A stretch of 64,000 bases of DNA from an uncultured Gammaproteobacteria bacterium (GTDB lineage: Bacteria; Pseudomonadota; Gammaproteobacteria; Steroidobacterales; UBA11654). The position numbers were made by a program, and so were the translations under genes. The DNA is taken from assembly GCA_902634075.1 (NCBI GenBank), contig CACPJA010000001.1, positions 25,629 through 89,628 of the forward strand. The letters are read 5' to 3'. The notes beneath the pieces were generated by a model, which saw nothing but the letters and a program-made list of their open reading frames with translations, made no database searches and had not been told where the DNA came from. This document shows positions 18,712 through 28,637 of the stretch, in pieces (position 1 is the first letter of the stretch; each line of letters begins with the position of its first letter).

Positions 18712-19321
18712 GATTCATCTCTTTATCGAAAGCACGAACAATTCTAATGAATTCAATAATTTTTTGTTCGCTTTTAATACCTCTTTCTATCTCAACACCG
18801 CTGCTAACATCAACACCGAAAGGCCTGACATGGGTTAAAACATCTTTAATATTGTCAGTTTTTAAACCGCCTGCGAGCAAAGCCTTTTTTGAGCCACAAA
18901 CTAGTTTCGCTCTCTCTTGATTAACCAGGTTGCCTGTTCCGCTCACCGGTCCCTCAAACAACGCAAAAGGCTTATCTTCGATGATGCTTGGATCAAAAGT
19001 CTCCTTATCTCGATAGACTTTTAGCGGATGTGTGTGGCCTTTTAAGTCAAAGGAATCAAAATCACTCGCATCGGTTTGCAAATATTTAACCTTCACATGA
19101 TTCAAAACCCTATCAACTTCACTTTGCTTGGGGTGCAGCATCACAGCAACAGTATCGATACCATCAGGAATCAATTCGATTAGTTGCTTGGCCTCTTCTG
19201 GGTTTATATATCTTGGAGAACCCTTTGCAAACACGAAACCGAGCATGTCGGCGCCACTATTAACAGCTGTCTCGACAGACTCTGGTGTTTTTAATCCGCA
19301 TATTTTTATCCTTGTGCTCAT
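18704..19321 (-). CDS. trpF: Phosphoribosylanthranilate isomerase
   Basis: IKICGL, GFVF..SPR, LAGGL, GVDVSSGVE. Confidence 0.94.
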   Translation of the reverse strand: MSTRIKICGLKTPESVETAVNSGADMLGFVFAKGSPRYINPEEAKQLIELIPDGIDTVAVMLHPKQSEVDRVLNHVKVKYLQTDASDFDSFDLKGHTHPLKVYRDKETFDPSIIEDKPFALFEGPVSGTGNLVNQERAKLVCGSKKALLAGGLKTDNIKDVLTHVRPFGVDVSSGVEIERGIKSEQKIIEFIRIVRAFDKEMNHG

Positions 19322-20157
19322 TTTTGTTTGTGCGCTTCCTCTGCTGTTTTTCTAAACTCTATCAAGGCGCTTTCAGGGCTATTGGTTTGCATTAAAGCTG
19401 TTCCAACGAGTGCTCCGGAATAACCCCAATCGACTATTTTTGAAACATCGTTTGAGTTTAAAATTCCGCTTTCTGCTATACAGACAATGTCCTCTGGCAA
19501 CAATTCAGAAAGTTTATTAAATCGCCCAAAGTCAACTTCGAGTGACTTCAAGTCTCTACAGTTAACCCCGAGCATTAAAGAATCTTTGGAATCACTAAAC
19601 CTAGAAACAGCAGCGCAACTTTGTTCTAGCTCCTTTTTATTAAAGGCTTCAATTAAGACAAACATGTTGTGCTCGAGAGCTCGTTTTATCATTTCTTCTA
19701 GTTGCCCCTCATCGAGAATAGCAGCGATCAACAAGACGCCGCTAGCCCCACAATAAAGAGATTCAGATACTTGGTAGGGATGAACCAGGAAGTCTTTTCT
19801 CATAAAGGCAACATCTGGGAATGCATTGCTAAGCTCTTTGAGGTCATCGAGTGAGCCAGAAAACCTTGAGGGTTCTGTCAGTACTGAAATTATATCTGCC
19901 TTGCCTTTGATGTAATCGCTTACTTGCTGTCTCATTTGAAAATCATCACTTGAGAGGTTGCCAGAAGATGGCGATGTTTTTTTGATCTCTGCGATTAAAC
20001 AAAAGCTTTGGTTATTCAATATGAAGGGTTCAGCAGGTTGAGCGTCAATGACACGATCTAGGATCTCTTGCTCGCTAAGAATAGCTGAGTTGTCTTTGTA
20101 CCTATCAAGACTGCTAGAAGCCATAGTGGATAAAAAATTATTGTTCTCTTTACTCAT
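19318..20157 (-). CDS. trpC: Indole-3-glycerol phosphate synthase
   Basis: IAEIKKTSPS, SVLTEP, MRKDF, GVNCRDL, IAESGI, LVGTALM. Confidence 0.94.
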   Translation of the reverse strand: MSKENNNFLSTMASSSLDRYKDNSAILSEQEILDRVIDAQPAEPFILNNQSFCLIAEIKKTSPSSGNLSSDDFQMRQQVSDYIKGKADIISVLTEPSRFSGSLDDLKELSNAFPDVAFMRKDFLVHPYQVSESLYCGASGVLLIAAILDEGQLEEMIKRALEHNMFVLIEAFNKKELEQSCAAVSRFSDSKDSLMLGVNCRDLKSLEVDFGRFNKLSELLPEDIVCIAESGILNSNDVSKIVDWGYSGALVGTALMQTNSPESALIEFRKTAEEAHKQK

Positions 20158-21172
20158 TTAAACCTGATAACGATTGAACCATATCTGAGGCTTTACCCTC
20201 CTCAATGGCTGTACTTGCCTGTTCAATACCCTCTTTTAAATTGCTAACAACCCCAGAGACCTCTAATGCCAAACCTGTCCCCAGCAGCAATGAATCTCGG
20301 TGTGGACCTTGATCTTCTTTACTAAAAACCCTCATCAGAGCTTCTGCGTTTTGATTCGCATCCCCACCTTTTAGATCGTCTTCGCCGCATCTGTTGATCC
20401 CAAAGTCTTTAGGGTCTCTTGTCATGTGTTCTATTTGGCCAGGTCTCACATCAAACAGCTCAAATTCAGCTGCTGGTGTAGGCTCATCCCAACCATTGAC
20501 GCCATGGACAACAAACGCTCTTTTAACGTTCATTCCAGATAAAGCTTCGGCCATAAGTTTTGCCATCGAAGAGCTAAAAGCACCCAGCAAATAGTATTTG
20601 GGTTCAGCCGGGTTGGTTAGCGGTCCCAATATATTAAAGACTGTCCTTATGCCTAAGGCTTGACGAATAGGTGCAATGTGCTTCATAGCAGGGTGGAAAA
20701 ATGGGGCAAATAAAAACACGAAACCGCATTGCCTCAAGACCTCTTTGACGCTCTCGGGGTTATCTGCAATTTTAATGTTCAGCGCTTCGAGTAAATCGGC
20801 GCTGCCCGATTTGCTGGATACGGAACGATTGCCGTGTTTGACCACTTTGGCACCTGTCGCAGCAGTTAGTAATGCTGTTCCCGTTGAAAGGTTAAAACTA
20901 TTAGAGCCGTCACCTCCAGTGCCAACAATATCGATCGTTGTATCGTCTTCCTCGAGATCAATGGTTGTCGCTAGTTCTCTCATCGCGTTAGCAAAACCTC
21001 GAACCTCTTCCGCTGACTCACCTTTAATTCGAAGTGAGGTCAATATCGCGCCTGCAACGGCTGGATCTATAGTTCCTGTGGCAAGCAGCTGCATTAAATC
21101 AAAAGCGTTTTGCTCGCCGATATCTTTACCTTTCATTAGTGTGGTTAAAATTTGATTTGGATCTTTATTCAT
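20150..21172 (-). CDS. trpD: Anthranilate phosphoribosyltransferase
   Basis: DIVGTGGDG, KHGNRSVSSKSGSAD, RTVFNILGPLTNP. Confidence 0.96.
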   Translation of the reverse strand: MNKDPNQILTTLMKGKDIGEQNAFDLMQLLATGTIDPAVAGAILTSLRIKGESAEEVRGFANAMRELATTIDLEEDDTTIDIVGTGGDGSNSFNLSTGTALLTAATGAKVVKHGNRSVSSKSGSADLLEALNIKIADNPESVKEVLRQCGFVFLFAPFFHPAMKHIAPIRQALGIRTVFNILGPLTNPAEPKYYLLGAFSSSMAKLMAEALSGMNVKRAFVVHGVNGWDEPTPAAEFELFDVRPGQIEHMTRDPKDFGINRCGEDDLKGGDANQNAEALMRVFSKEDQGPHRDSLLLGTGLALEVSGVVSNLKEGIEQASTAIEEGKASDMVQSLSGLNE

Positions 21173-21753
21173 AACTGGTCTCTTGATTGTTGTAAAAAAT
21201 TACGCATCAATTCATCGCCCTCAGGTGTTAAAACGCTTTCTGGGTGAAACTGTACGCCTTCTATTAAATAAGTTTTGTGCCGAACACCCATGACTTCATC
21301 ATCTGAGGTGGTGGCTGTTATTTCCAACTCATCTGGCAAGGTTGTCTTTTCAGCAGCTAATGAGTGGTATCGTCCAGCTGTCATTGGGGTTTCAAGATTT
21401 GAAAAAATAGTTTTTTGGTCGTGGTTGATAGCTGATATCTTGCCGTGCATAAGTTGTTTTGCATAAGTAATCTCGCCGCCAAAAGCCTCGACTATGCATT
21501 GGTGCCCTAAGCACACACCAAGGATTGGTATCTCAGAAGCAAACACTTTGATCAATTCCATCGAGATGCCTGCATTGGTGGGTCTGCCTGGGCCCGGTGA
21601 GACAACTAAATGACTGGGTTGGAGATCTTGTGCCTCTGCAGCATCAATCGCATTATTTCTAAACACATTGACCTCGGCACCTTGAGACCTAAAACCTTGA
21701 ACCAAGTTGTAGGTAAAAGAGTCAAAGTTATCAATGATTAGCATCTTGCTCAT
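21169..21753 (-). CDS. trpG: Anthranilate synthase component II
   Basis: IDNFDSFTYNL, SPGPG, GVCLGHQ, QFHPES. Confidence 0.95.
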   Translation of the reverse strand: MSKMLIIDNFDSFTYNLVQGFRSQGAEVNVFRNNAIDAAEAQDLQPSHLVVSPGPGRPTNAGISMELIKVFASEIPILGVCLGHQCIVEAFGGEITYAKQLMHGKISAINHDQKTIFSNLETPMTAGRYHSLAAEKTTLPDELEITATTSDDEVMGVRHKTYLIEGVQFHPESVLTPEGDELMRNFLQQSRDQL

Positions 21754-23147
21754 AATGACCCTTCCTTAACCATTTTAAGGGCTGTTCTTAAGATCTCACT
21801 TTTGGCCATGACCTCATTAAATTCGTTCTCAGGGACACTGTCGGCAACAATTCCAGCGCCTGCTTGAAAGCAATATTGACCGTCTGAAAACACAATGGTT
21901 CGTATAGCGATGGCTTGGTCCATATCGCCGTTTTTAGCAAAATAGCCGACGGTTCCGCCGTAAACCCCTCTCAAATTAGGTTCAATCTCATCAATTAGCT
22001 CCATCGCTCTTACCTTGGGTGCGCCGACAAGGGTTCCGGCTGGAAATGCTGCAGCAAATAAATCAAAAGCATCTTTATCCTCTTCTAATGTTCCTTGTAC
22101 ACCACTAACAATGTGCATGACATGACTGTAGTGCTCAATTGACTGATAGGGTTCGACCTCAATTGTGCTGTGCTTAGCAACACGGCCTAAATCATTTCTG
22201 GCAAGATCCACCAACATAACGTGCTCTGCAATTTCTTTTTCATCAGCCAACAAGGATTGTTCATGTGAGAGATCCTCAACTGCATCTTTTCCTCGAGGTC
22301 TAGTGCCGGCAATAGGTCTAAGGGAAGCTTTATCACCGCTCAATCTAACCAAAGCTTCGGGGGAGGAGCCAACCACTTGAAAGCCATTAATGTCACAGAA
22401 AAACATGTAGGGGGATGGATTAACCAGACGCATGGCTCGATAGACATCAAACGGGTCTAAATTATAATTCCCTGAAAAAGCAATCGATAAAACAATTTGA
22501 AAGATATCGCCTTCAAAAATATGATGCTTGGCTTTTTCTACAGCTTTATTAAACACATCTTCTTCAACATTAGCTGTCGGTTGAGAGTAGGAAAAATTCT
22601 GATCAGTTGCATTGCTTATTTCAGTTTTAAGTAACTCTAATATGTTGGTTTTGAGTTTGTTTCTGTCGTCTTCTTCGCCAGAATGAAGTAAAGCCATGGA
22701 TTTGTCTTCATGGTCAAAAACCAACAGGGATAACGGCGCTAAATATGAACAATCAGGTGGATTTAATAGACCATCTTTACTCTCCTCTACCGGCAAACTT
22801 TCAAAATACCGGACCATATCATAACTACTAAAACCAACTATGCCGCCACTAAAGGGGATGCCTTGTATTTGAGGTTTCAAGTCAGGGAGGTCTTTTAACA
22901 CATTCCTTAACAATTCCATCATTTCATCTTGTGACTCGGGGGAGGCGATTTTTTCACTGTTAAATGAGAAAGCCCCCTGGTTTACTTCAACTACGCTTGA
23001 AACTCCTAGACCAAGGAAGGAATAACGTGACTGATCCACGCCCCGCTCAATACTTTCCAATAAAAAACTGGGTGAGAGTGAACGCAGTTTCACAAACACC
23101 GAAGCCGGTGTTTCATCTCCAAGATCTATATCAAAATATTTATTCAT
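21750..23147 (-). CDS. trpE: Anthranilate synthase component I
   Basis: NPSPYM, GSSPE, PIAGTRPRG, EHVMLVDLARND, FPAGTLVGAPK, QAGAGIVADS; first gene of the trp operon. Confidence 0.95.
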   Translation of the reverse strand: MNKYFDIDLGDETPASVFVKLRSLSPSFLLESIERGVDQSRYSFLGLGVSSVVEVNQGAFSFNSEKIASPESQDEMMELLRNVLKDLPDLKPQIQGIPFSGGIVGFSSYDMVRYFESLPVEESKDGLLNPPDCSYLAPLSLLVFDHEDKSMALLHSGEEDDRNKLKTNILELLKTEISNATDQNFSYSQPTANVEEDVFNKAVEKAKHHIFEGDIFQIVLSIAFSGNYNLDPFDVYRAMRLVNPSPYMFFCDINGFQVVGSSPEALVRLSGDKASLRPIAGTRPRGKDAVEDLSHEQSLLADEKEIAEHVMLVDLARNDLGRVAKHSTIEVEPYQSIEHYSHVMHIVSGVQGTLEEDKDAFDLFAAAFPAGTLVGAPKVRAMELIDEIEPNLRGVYGGTVGYFAKNGDMDQAIAIRTIVFSDGQYCFQAGAGIVADSVPENEFNEVMAKSEILRTALKMVKEGSL

Positions 23148-23157
23148 CGTTTTCCAT

Positions 23158-23189
23158 AAAAAAACCCATCGCCTTTTCGGGAGATGGGT
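23158..23189 (-). terminator. trp attenuator terminator hairpin (3:4)
   Basis: mRNA ACCCAUC-UCCCGAAAAGGC-GAUGGGU followed by a U-tract, 10 nt before the trpE ATG. Confidence 0.88.
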
Positions 23190-23228
23190 GAACCTTTAAA
23201 AATTAAATCAGACAGGTTTAGCCCTCTC

Positions 23229-23276
23229 CTAGGAGAGAAGCCACCAATTGCCTAAATTTAATTCCAACTTAATCAT
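23229..23276 (-). CDS. trpL: trp operon leader peptide (MIKLELNLGNWWLLS*)
   Basis: 15-aa ORF with tandem TGG TGG upstream of antiterminator/terminator hairpins. Confidence 0.88.
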   Translation of the reverse strand: MIKLELNLGNWWLLS

Positions 23277-23286
23277 ACGTTGGCAA

Positions 23287-23315
23287 AGTATCTCCTGTTC
23301 TCAAGAAATGGTCAA
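23287..23315 (-). promoter_or_regulatory. Putative sigma70 promoter of the trp operon
   Basis: Minus-strand TTGACC-17 nt-GATACT, ending 10 nt before the trpL ATG. Confidence 0.6.
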
Positions 23316-23343
23316 CAGAATAATAGGAGTTTTTTATTCATCA

Positions 23344-25164
23344 TTATAAATAGAGAGCAGGCAATATGAATGAGAAAGCCACCCACATAATAACGGCTAG
23401 CGGTAACCCGATTTTCACAAAGTCATTAAATTTATAGCCTCCGGCACCCATAATTAACAAATTGGTTTTATAACCAATTGGGGTCACAAAACTCATATTT
23501 GCTCCAAACAAAACTGCTAGTACAAAAGGCTCGATCGGAGCTCCTAGCTGTTGAGCAATATTGATTGCTATCGGTGTTCCAATAACCGCAGCGGCGTTAT
23601 TGGAAACAATATTTGTCAGCGCCGCCATAAGCAGCATCAACGTGCTAAGAATCAAAGGCACCGACATCGCTCCAGTCAAAAAAACAAACAACTCTGCCAA
23701 GTAGTCTGAGCCGCCTGTGATCTCCAAAGCATTCCCCAAGCTTAAACTGGCGACAATCAGCATAATGATCGGGATATTCATTGCATTACCGACATCGCTC
23801 CAATTCATTAGACGAAACACCAACATTCCAATTAATCCCAGCATTGCTGCAATTGATATCGGCAATAAATTAGTCGCGGCTAGGGCAGCAACCCCGACCA
23901 TAATATAAAGAGGTACAAAGGAGCGTTTGGTTCCAAGATCCAAGTCCTCGTTTTCAATCACCAACATGTTTGAGTTGGCATTTAAATTTTCAATCGCCTC
24001 GGCACTGCCTTGCACCAAAACCACATCGCCCGGGTTGAGAGTCTTGGCTGTTATATCGCCCTTGAGCTCTGCACCTGTGGATCCACTGTGCACTGCGATG
24101 GGTAATAAATTAAAGCGTGATGAAAACTGTTGGGCACTCAAACTTGTGTGATCCAACATTGAGCCTGATGTGATAACCACTTCAGCCAATTCTGCTTCCG
24201 AGCCGCTCTCTGCTTCCATCTCATCGCCGATTTCACCCTCAAAAAGGCTTAAACCTAATAAGTCTTGATACTCTTGGAGATTTTCCAGGGTGTCTTTAAC
24301 GTAGATTCGATCACCAGCATCAAAGATAACGGACGGTATTTTTGCAACGAACAAACTGTCGGAGCGTTTAATTTTATCAATTTTAAAATTACTTCCAGCT
24401 TTCTCTTGTACTTCAGACAGGGTTTTGCCGTGGGTAAATTCGCCTTCATTGACATTAAGAGCTGCCTCAAATATTCGGGTTGATTCTTTTGTCGAGCGGG
24501 GAGGGTCTCCAGGAAGCAATCGAGGAGCAACCAACCATAAAAACATCATGCCAATTGATCCAGCAATAAGTGCGGGTAGGACAAAATCAAACAACTGAAT
24601 TTGCTCCAAGCCCATGTCGTTTGCAATTCCCACCACCAAAAGATTGGTTGATGTCCCAATTGTGGTTGCCATCCCTCCAAGCAAGGTCGCCATTCCCATT
24701 GGCATCAGAATTTTTGAGGAACTGATCTCGGCTTTTTTACTGACCGCAATCAATGCGGGGATTAGCATCACCACAATCGGTGTGTTGTTAATAAACGCAC
24801 TAAAAAATGCTCCAAATAACAGGACCGCCAACAATGAGAGTTTTGGATAGGTGAGCCATGATGTGGATAAAAAGCCCACAAAAGGTTGGAGTGAGCGATT
24901 AATCTCAATGGCCTTACCCACAGCAAGGAGTAAACAAATGGTCACCAATGCCTCGTTGCCAAAACTGCCAATAAAAAAAGTAATTGGGTTAATGGGGTTC
25001 CCGTTAAAGCTGTAAGGGAAGACAAAAAATAGACTTATTATTGTGGCTAGAATCACTAAACCGGTGGTCTCGATAGGTATCCAGTCACGAGAAAACATAT
25101 AAAGGCCTATCGCTGTAAGCCCCATAACCACCAAAGCATGAATGCTGGGCAAATCTGGCATCAT
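23344..25164 (-). CDS. SLC13/DASS family permease with TrkA-C domains
   Basis: SAFINNTPIV, GGMATTIGTSTNL, TNIVSNNAAA, TPIGYKTN; start set at MMPDLP (25164). Confidence 0.88.
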   Translation of the reverse strand: MMPDLPSIHALVVMGLTAIGLYMFSRDWIPIETTGLVILATIISLFFVFPYSFNGNPINPITFFIGSFGNEALVTICLLLAVGKAIEINRSLQPFVGFLSTSWLTYPKLSLLAVLLFGAFFSAFINNTPIVVMLIPALIAVSKKAEISSSKILMPMGMATLLGGMATTIGTSTNLLVVGIANDMGLEQIQLFDFVLPALIAGSIGMMFLWLVAPRLLPGDPPRSTKESTRIFEAALNVNEGEFTHGKTLSEVQEKAGSNFKIDKIKRSDSLFVAKIPSVIFDAGDRIYVKDTLENLQEYQDLLGLSLFEGEIGDEMEAESGSEAELAEVVITSGSMLDHTSLSAQQFSSRFNLLPIAVHSGSTGAELKGDITAKTLNPGDVVLVQGSAEAIENLNANSNMLVIENEDLDLGTKRSFVPLYIMVGVAALAATNLLPISIAAMLGLIGMLVFRLMNWSDVGNAMNIPIIMLIVASLSLGNALEITGGSDYLAELFVFLTGAMSVPLILSTLMLLMAALTNIVSNNAAAVIGTPIAINIAQQLGAPIEPFVLAVLFGANMSFVTPIGYKTNLLIMGAGGYKFNDFVKIGLPLAVIMWVAFSFILPALYL

Positions 25165-25201
25165 TGTTGGTAAAATGTTTTCATACTTAAGGGAATTATA
25201 C

Positions 25202-26167
25202 ATGCATGCTGTTTTTTTAGACTACAAAACTGTGGATGCCAATGACTTGGATCTTGGGTCAATCAAGAAATTGCTGCCCGAGATGGTGGTTCACCCTTTC
25301 TCCAACGAGGCAGAAGTCCTCGAGCGCATAGAAGCTGCTGAAGTGGCGATTGCTAATAAAGTTGTCTTTGATGCAGAGGTGTTTGCTCGAGCAACTAAGC
25401 TAAAGTTGATCTGTGTCACCGCAACGGGAACAAACAACATAGACCTAGAAGCAGCAACACGATCAGGTGTCGTGGTTTGTAATATTAGAGACTACTGCAC
25501 GGACTCAGTTGTACAACACGTGTTGCTCTCAATTCTAACCTTAATGCATTCTTTTAAGGATTACAGCGACTCTATTGAAAGCGGAGATTGGCAGGACGGT
25601 AAATCCTTTAGTCTGTTGCAACACCCCATTACTGAACTCTCTGGAAAATCTATTGGAATCCTCGGCTACGGGGTCTTGGGCCAAGGCGTGGCTCGTGCAG
25701 CTGCTACTCTAGGCTTGAATGTCTTGGTCTGTGAAAGCTTTGCTAAAGACAAAAAACCAGATGAAGATCTCAAGCGGATCTCTTTTGAAGCTTTTTTAAC
25801 CGAATCAGACATTATCAGCCTGCACTGTCCGTTAACGGATAACACCGAAGGATTGTTTGATGACAATGCATTTAAAAAAATGAAGTCATCAGCAATATTA
25901 ATCAATACTGCAAGAGGCGGGTTGATCGATGATCATGCTTTAATTAAAGCCATTGAAGATAAGGTTATCGCTGGGGCCGCTATTGATGTGCTCAATCAAG
26001 AGCCTCCGGATTCAGATCATCCATTAATGCAAAAACAATACTCCAATTTGATTATCACGCCACATATTGCCTGGGCAGCACGAGAGGCTAGGCAACGAGC
26101 CTTGGATCGTATTGCTGAAAACATAAAGGCATTCCAAAACGATGCCCCTATCAACGTGGTGAGGTAG
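25202..26167 (+). CDS. D-2-hydroxyacid dehydrogenase (glycerate dehydrogenase/HprA-like)
   Basis: ATGTNNID, GILGYGVLG, SLHCPLT, INTARGG, TPHIAWA; AAGGGAA RBS before ATG 25202. Confidence 0.9.
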   Translation: MHAVFLDYKTVDANDLDLGSIKKLLPEMVVHPFSNEAEVLERIEAAEVAIANKVVFDAEVFARATKLKLICVTATGTNNIDLEAATRSGVVVCNIRDYCTDSVVQHVLLSILTLMHSFKDYSDSIESGDWQDGKSFSLLQHPITELSGKSIGILGYGVLGQGVARAAATLGLNVLVCESFAKDKKPDEDLKRISFEAFLTESDIISLHCPLTDNTEGLFDDNAFKKMKSSAILINTARGGLIDDHALIKAIEDKVIAGAAIDVLNQEPPDSDHPLMQKQYSNLIITPHIAWAAREARQRALDRIAENIKAFQNDAPINVVR

Positions 26168-26168
26168 T

Positions 26169-28637
26169 TTAATAATTCCTTAAAGTCAGTATGGCTGGGC
26201 TGTATATGGCTTGACGCACTGCCAACATACCAGCAATAGCTATGGAGCTAACCCCAACTGCAAAGCCAATAAAGAAAATAGGCAGATTAGGCGTATAACT
26301 CAATTCAAATATCTGGGTTGATAAAAAGCCTGAAAATATCATCGCTGCCAATACAGCTGTTAATCCCGATAAAACACCAAGCCCTAAAAACTCAGCTGCC
26401 ACGGTGGCAAAAATTTTACTTCTGGTCGCACCCATTGTGTGTATTACTGCTGTTTCCTTTTTGCGTTGATCAACGCTTGAGAAAATAGCTGCCACCAAGG
26501 TTAGGATCCCAGCAAAAAGCGAGAGTATAAATATAGCCTGAACAGCGAGTGAGGCGCTATTGACGATGGATCGTATTTGCCCAAGCGCTGCCTCTAAATC
26601 AACGCTGGTGACAGTAGGAAAGCGGCTTATAAAATCATCCGCAATATCTGAATCTGTTGGAATATTGAGACTGGTGATAAAGGATTGAGGTAAATCTTTT
26701 CCTAAACTGGGGGAAAGAATAAAAAAGAAGTTGGGGGCAAAGCTTTCCCACTGTACCTCTCTAAAACTTGATACTGTCGCCTCAAAATTCGTCCCTCCAG
26801 CAGTAAAATTCAAGCGGTCTCCTAAAGCAAGGTTCATCGAGGTTGCGATACCTTTATCGATTGACACAGAAGCAGCAGGGTCGTCTTCTGGCCACCACTC
26901 CCCTTCGATCACCAAGTTATTCTCAGGAAGTGTCTTAAACCAGGTAAGATTGGCTTCACGCTCGATCATACTTTCAGCATTAACTGGCTCGCCATTAGAA
27001 GACGTCACATCTAGAAGGCGTCCTCGGATCAAAGGGGTAAACGTTATAGGTTGGCTCAAGCGCTCATCAAAAAAGGAGTTAATGTCTTCTGTTTGGTAAT
27101 CCTGAATGTTGAAAAAGAAATAATTGGGTGTGTCTTCTCTTAATGTCTCCTTCCAAGACTCAATTAAATCCGTTCGAGTTTCAGTGAGTGTCATTAAGAA
27201 GGTGAGAGACAATCCAAAGACCACGATTTGGAGAACGCTTTCGTTTCTTCGCCTTGAAATATTTTTTAAGCCCAGCCGCCAACCACTGCCTGATACATCA
27301 ACATATTTTGATAACATCCAGACAATAAAATACCCCAATAGTGAAAGCACTGCTATCAAAATGGCCATGCCAATCAAAATACTAATCACCAAAGTAATAT
27401 CCTCGAGCAAGATCAGAAGAAACACAGTTAAAGTGATAGCCGCTAAACTGTAAATTCCAACATTTGTTTCCAAATTAAAGGCAAAATCATTTCTTAGAAT
27501 GCGAATCGGTTCTGCTTGGCCCAGTAGTTTCAAATACGGAGCTGTAGCCGCGAAAACTAAGCTGAATGAAGTTAACAAGCCAATCCAGATTGGTTTTGAT
27601 GAAGGGGGTGGTAGGTCGTAAGTAATAAGATCGCTGAGGACAGTGATTAACAAAGATTGAAGAAGATAACCAAGCATCAGTCCGACCGATGTTGCCAAAA
27701 TAATCATAAGGAAGAGCTGGCTAATTTGTGAAGAGAGAATAAATTTTTTTGAGGCGCCAAACACTTTCATTAAGGTGGTATTGAGCAAGTGTCTGGTTGC
27801 GTATCGCCGTGCGGCTATCATTGAGGAAATCGCCGCAATTAATATAGTGAATAATCCTGCCAAGTTAAAAAAACGCGTTGATCGATCAATAGTCCGGCCC
27901 AATTGATCGCCAATATCATCAATTCTTTGAACCCTAACCTCCTCATCTAGATTCTGTAATGAATCAATAAAGGAAGCGATGTTGTTGTCCTTACCTGAGA
28001 ATAATTGTCGATAGACCACCCTGCTCCCCGTTTGAATAACCTGCATTTTTTCAAGATCATCCATGTTCACTATTATGGTTGGGGAGAACGCTAAAAACCC
28101 AACATTGCGATCTGGAAAACTGGTCAATATGGCCTCGACAACAAAAGTGGCATTACCAATAATCAGCTCGCTATTTTGTTTGAGATTAAACTCCTCGGCC
28201 AGTTTAGGCTCTACCCAAACATAGCCTGGTTTTGGAGACCCTGTCTCAATATTGAGTTGTTGTTGATTAAAGTCAGTAAGTTTAAGCCCGCCCCTTAGCG
28301 GGTAATTGCTAGTGGTGGCCTTGATCGACGACAATAGATTATTGTCATTTGCCAATGCCATGCTTAAAAAAGAAATTGTTTCAGCTGTCTGAATTCCCTG
28401 GTCTTCTGCTTTTTTTAGATAAGCTTTAGGCAATGGCGAAGTTGATCGCAACGCGGCATCCGCCGCTAAAACCACCGAGGCCTGTTGCTTAATTGATGAT
28501 TGTAATCGATCGCCTAAAAAACTCACTCCAGAGATCGCGGTTACAGCCAAGACCATGGAAGCAAAAAGAATAATCAAATCGCCACTTGTTAAATCAAACC
28601 AAAACTTTCTTATGCCATAAAGAAAGCCATTAATCAT
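26169..28637 (-). CDS. ybbP: ABC transporter permease, YbbP/FtsX family
   Basis: 822 aa; YPLRG, GSRVVYR, PNYFFFNIQ, REANLTW, REVQWESFAPNFF; next to ybbA and tesA. Confidence 0.85.
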   Translation of the reverse strand: MINGFLYGIRKFWFDLTSGDLIILFASMVLAVTAISGVSFLGDRLQSSIKQQASVVLAADAALRSTSPLPKAYLKKAEDQGIQTAETISFLSMALANDNNLLSSIKATTSNYPLRGGLKLTDFNQQQLNIETGSPKPGYVWVEPKLAEEFNLKQNSELIIGNATFVVEAILTSFPDRNVGFLAFSPTIIVNMDDLEKMQVIQTGSRVVYRQLFSGKDNNIASFIDSLQNLDEEVRVQRIDDIGDQLGRTIDRSTRFFNLAGLFTILIAAISSMIAARRYATRHLLNTTLMKVFGASKKFILSSQISQLFLMIILATSVGLMLGYLLQSLLITVLSDLITYDLPPPSSKPIWIGLLTSFSLVFAATAPYLKLLGQAEPIRILRNDFAFNLETNVGIYSLAAITLTVFLLILLEDITLVISILIGMAILIAVLSLLGYFIVWMLSKYVDVSGSGWRLGLKNISRRRNESVLQIVVFGLSLTFLMTLTETRTDLIESWKETLREDTPNYFFFNIQDYQTEDINSFFDERLSQPITFTPLIRGRLLDVTSSNGEPVNAESMIEREANLTWFKTLPENNLVIEGEWWPEDDPAASVSIDKGIATSMNLALGDRLNFTAGGTNFEATVSSFREVQWESFAPNFFFILSPSLGKDLPQSFITSLNIPTDSDIADDFISRFPTVTSVDLEAALGQIRSIVNSASLAVQAIFILSLFAGILTLVAAIFSSVDQRKKETAVIHTMGATRSKIFATVAAEFLGLGVLSGLTAVLAAMIFSGFLSTQIFELSYTPNLPIFFIGFAVGVSSIAIAGMLAVRQAIYSPAILTLRNY

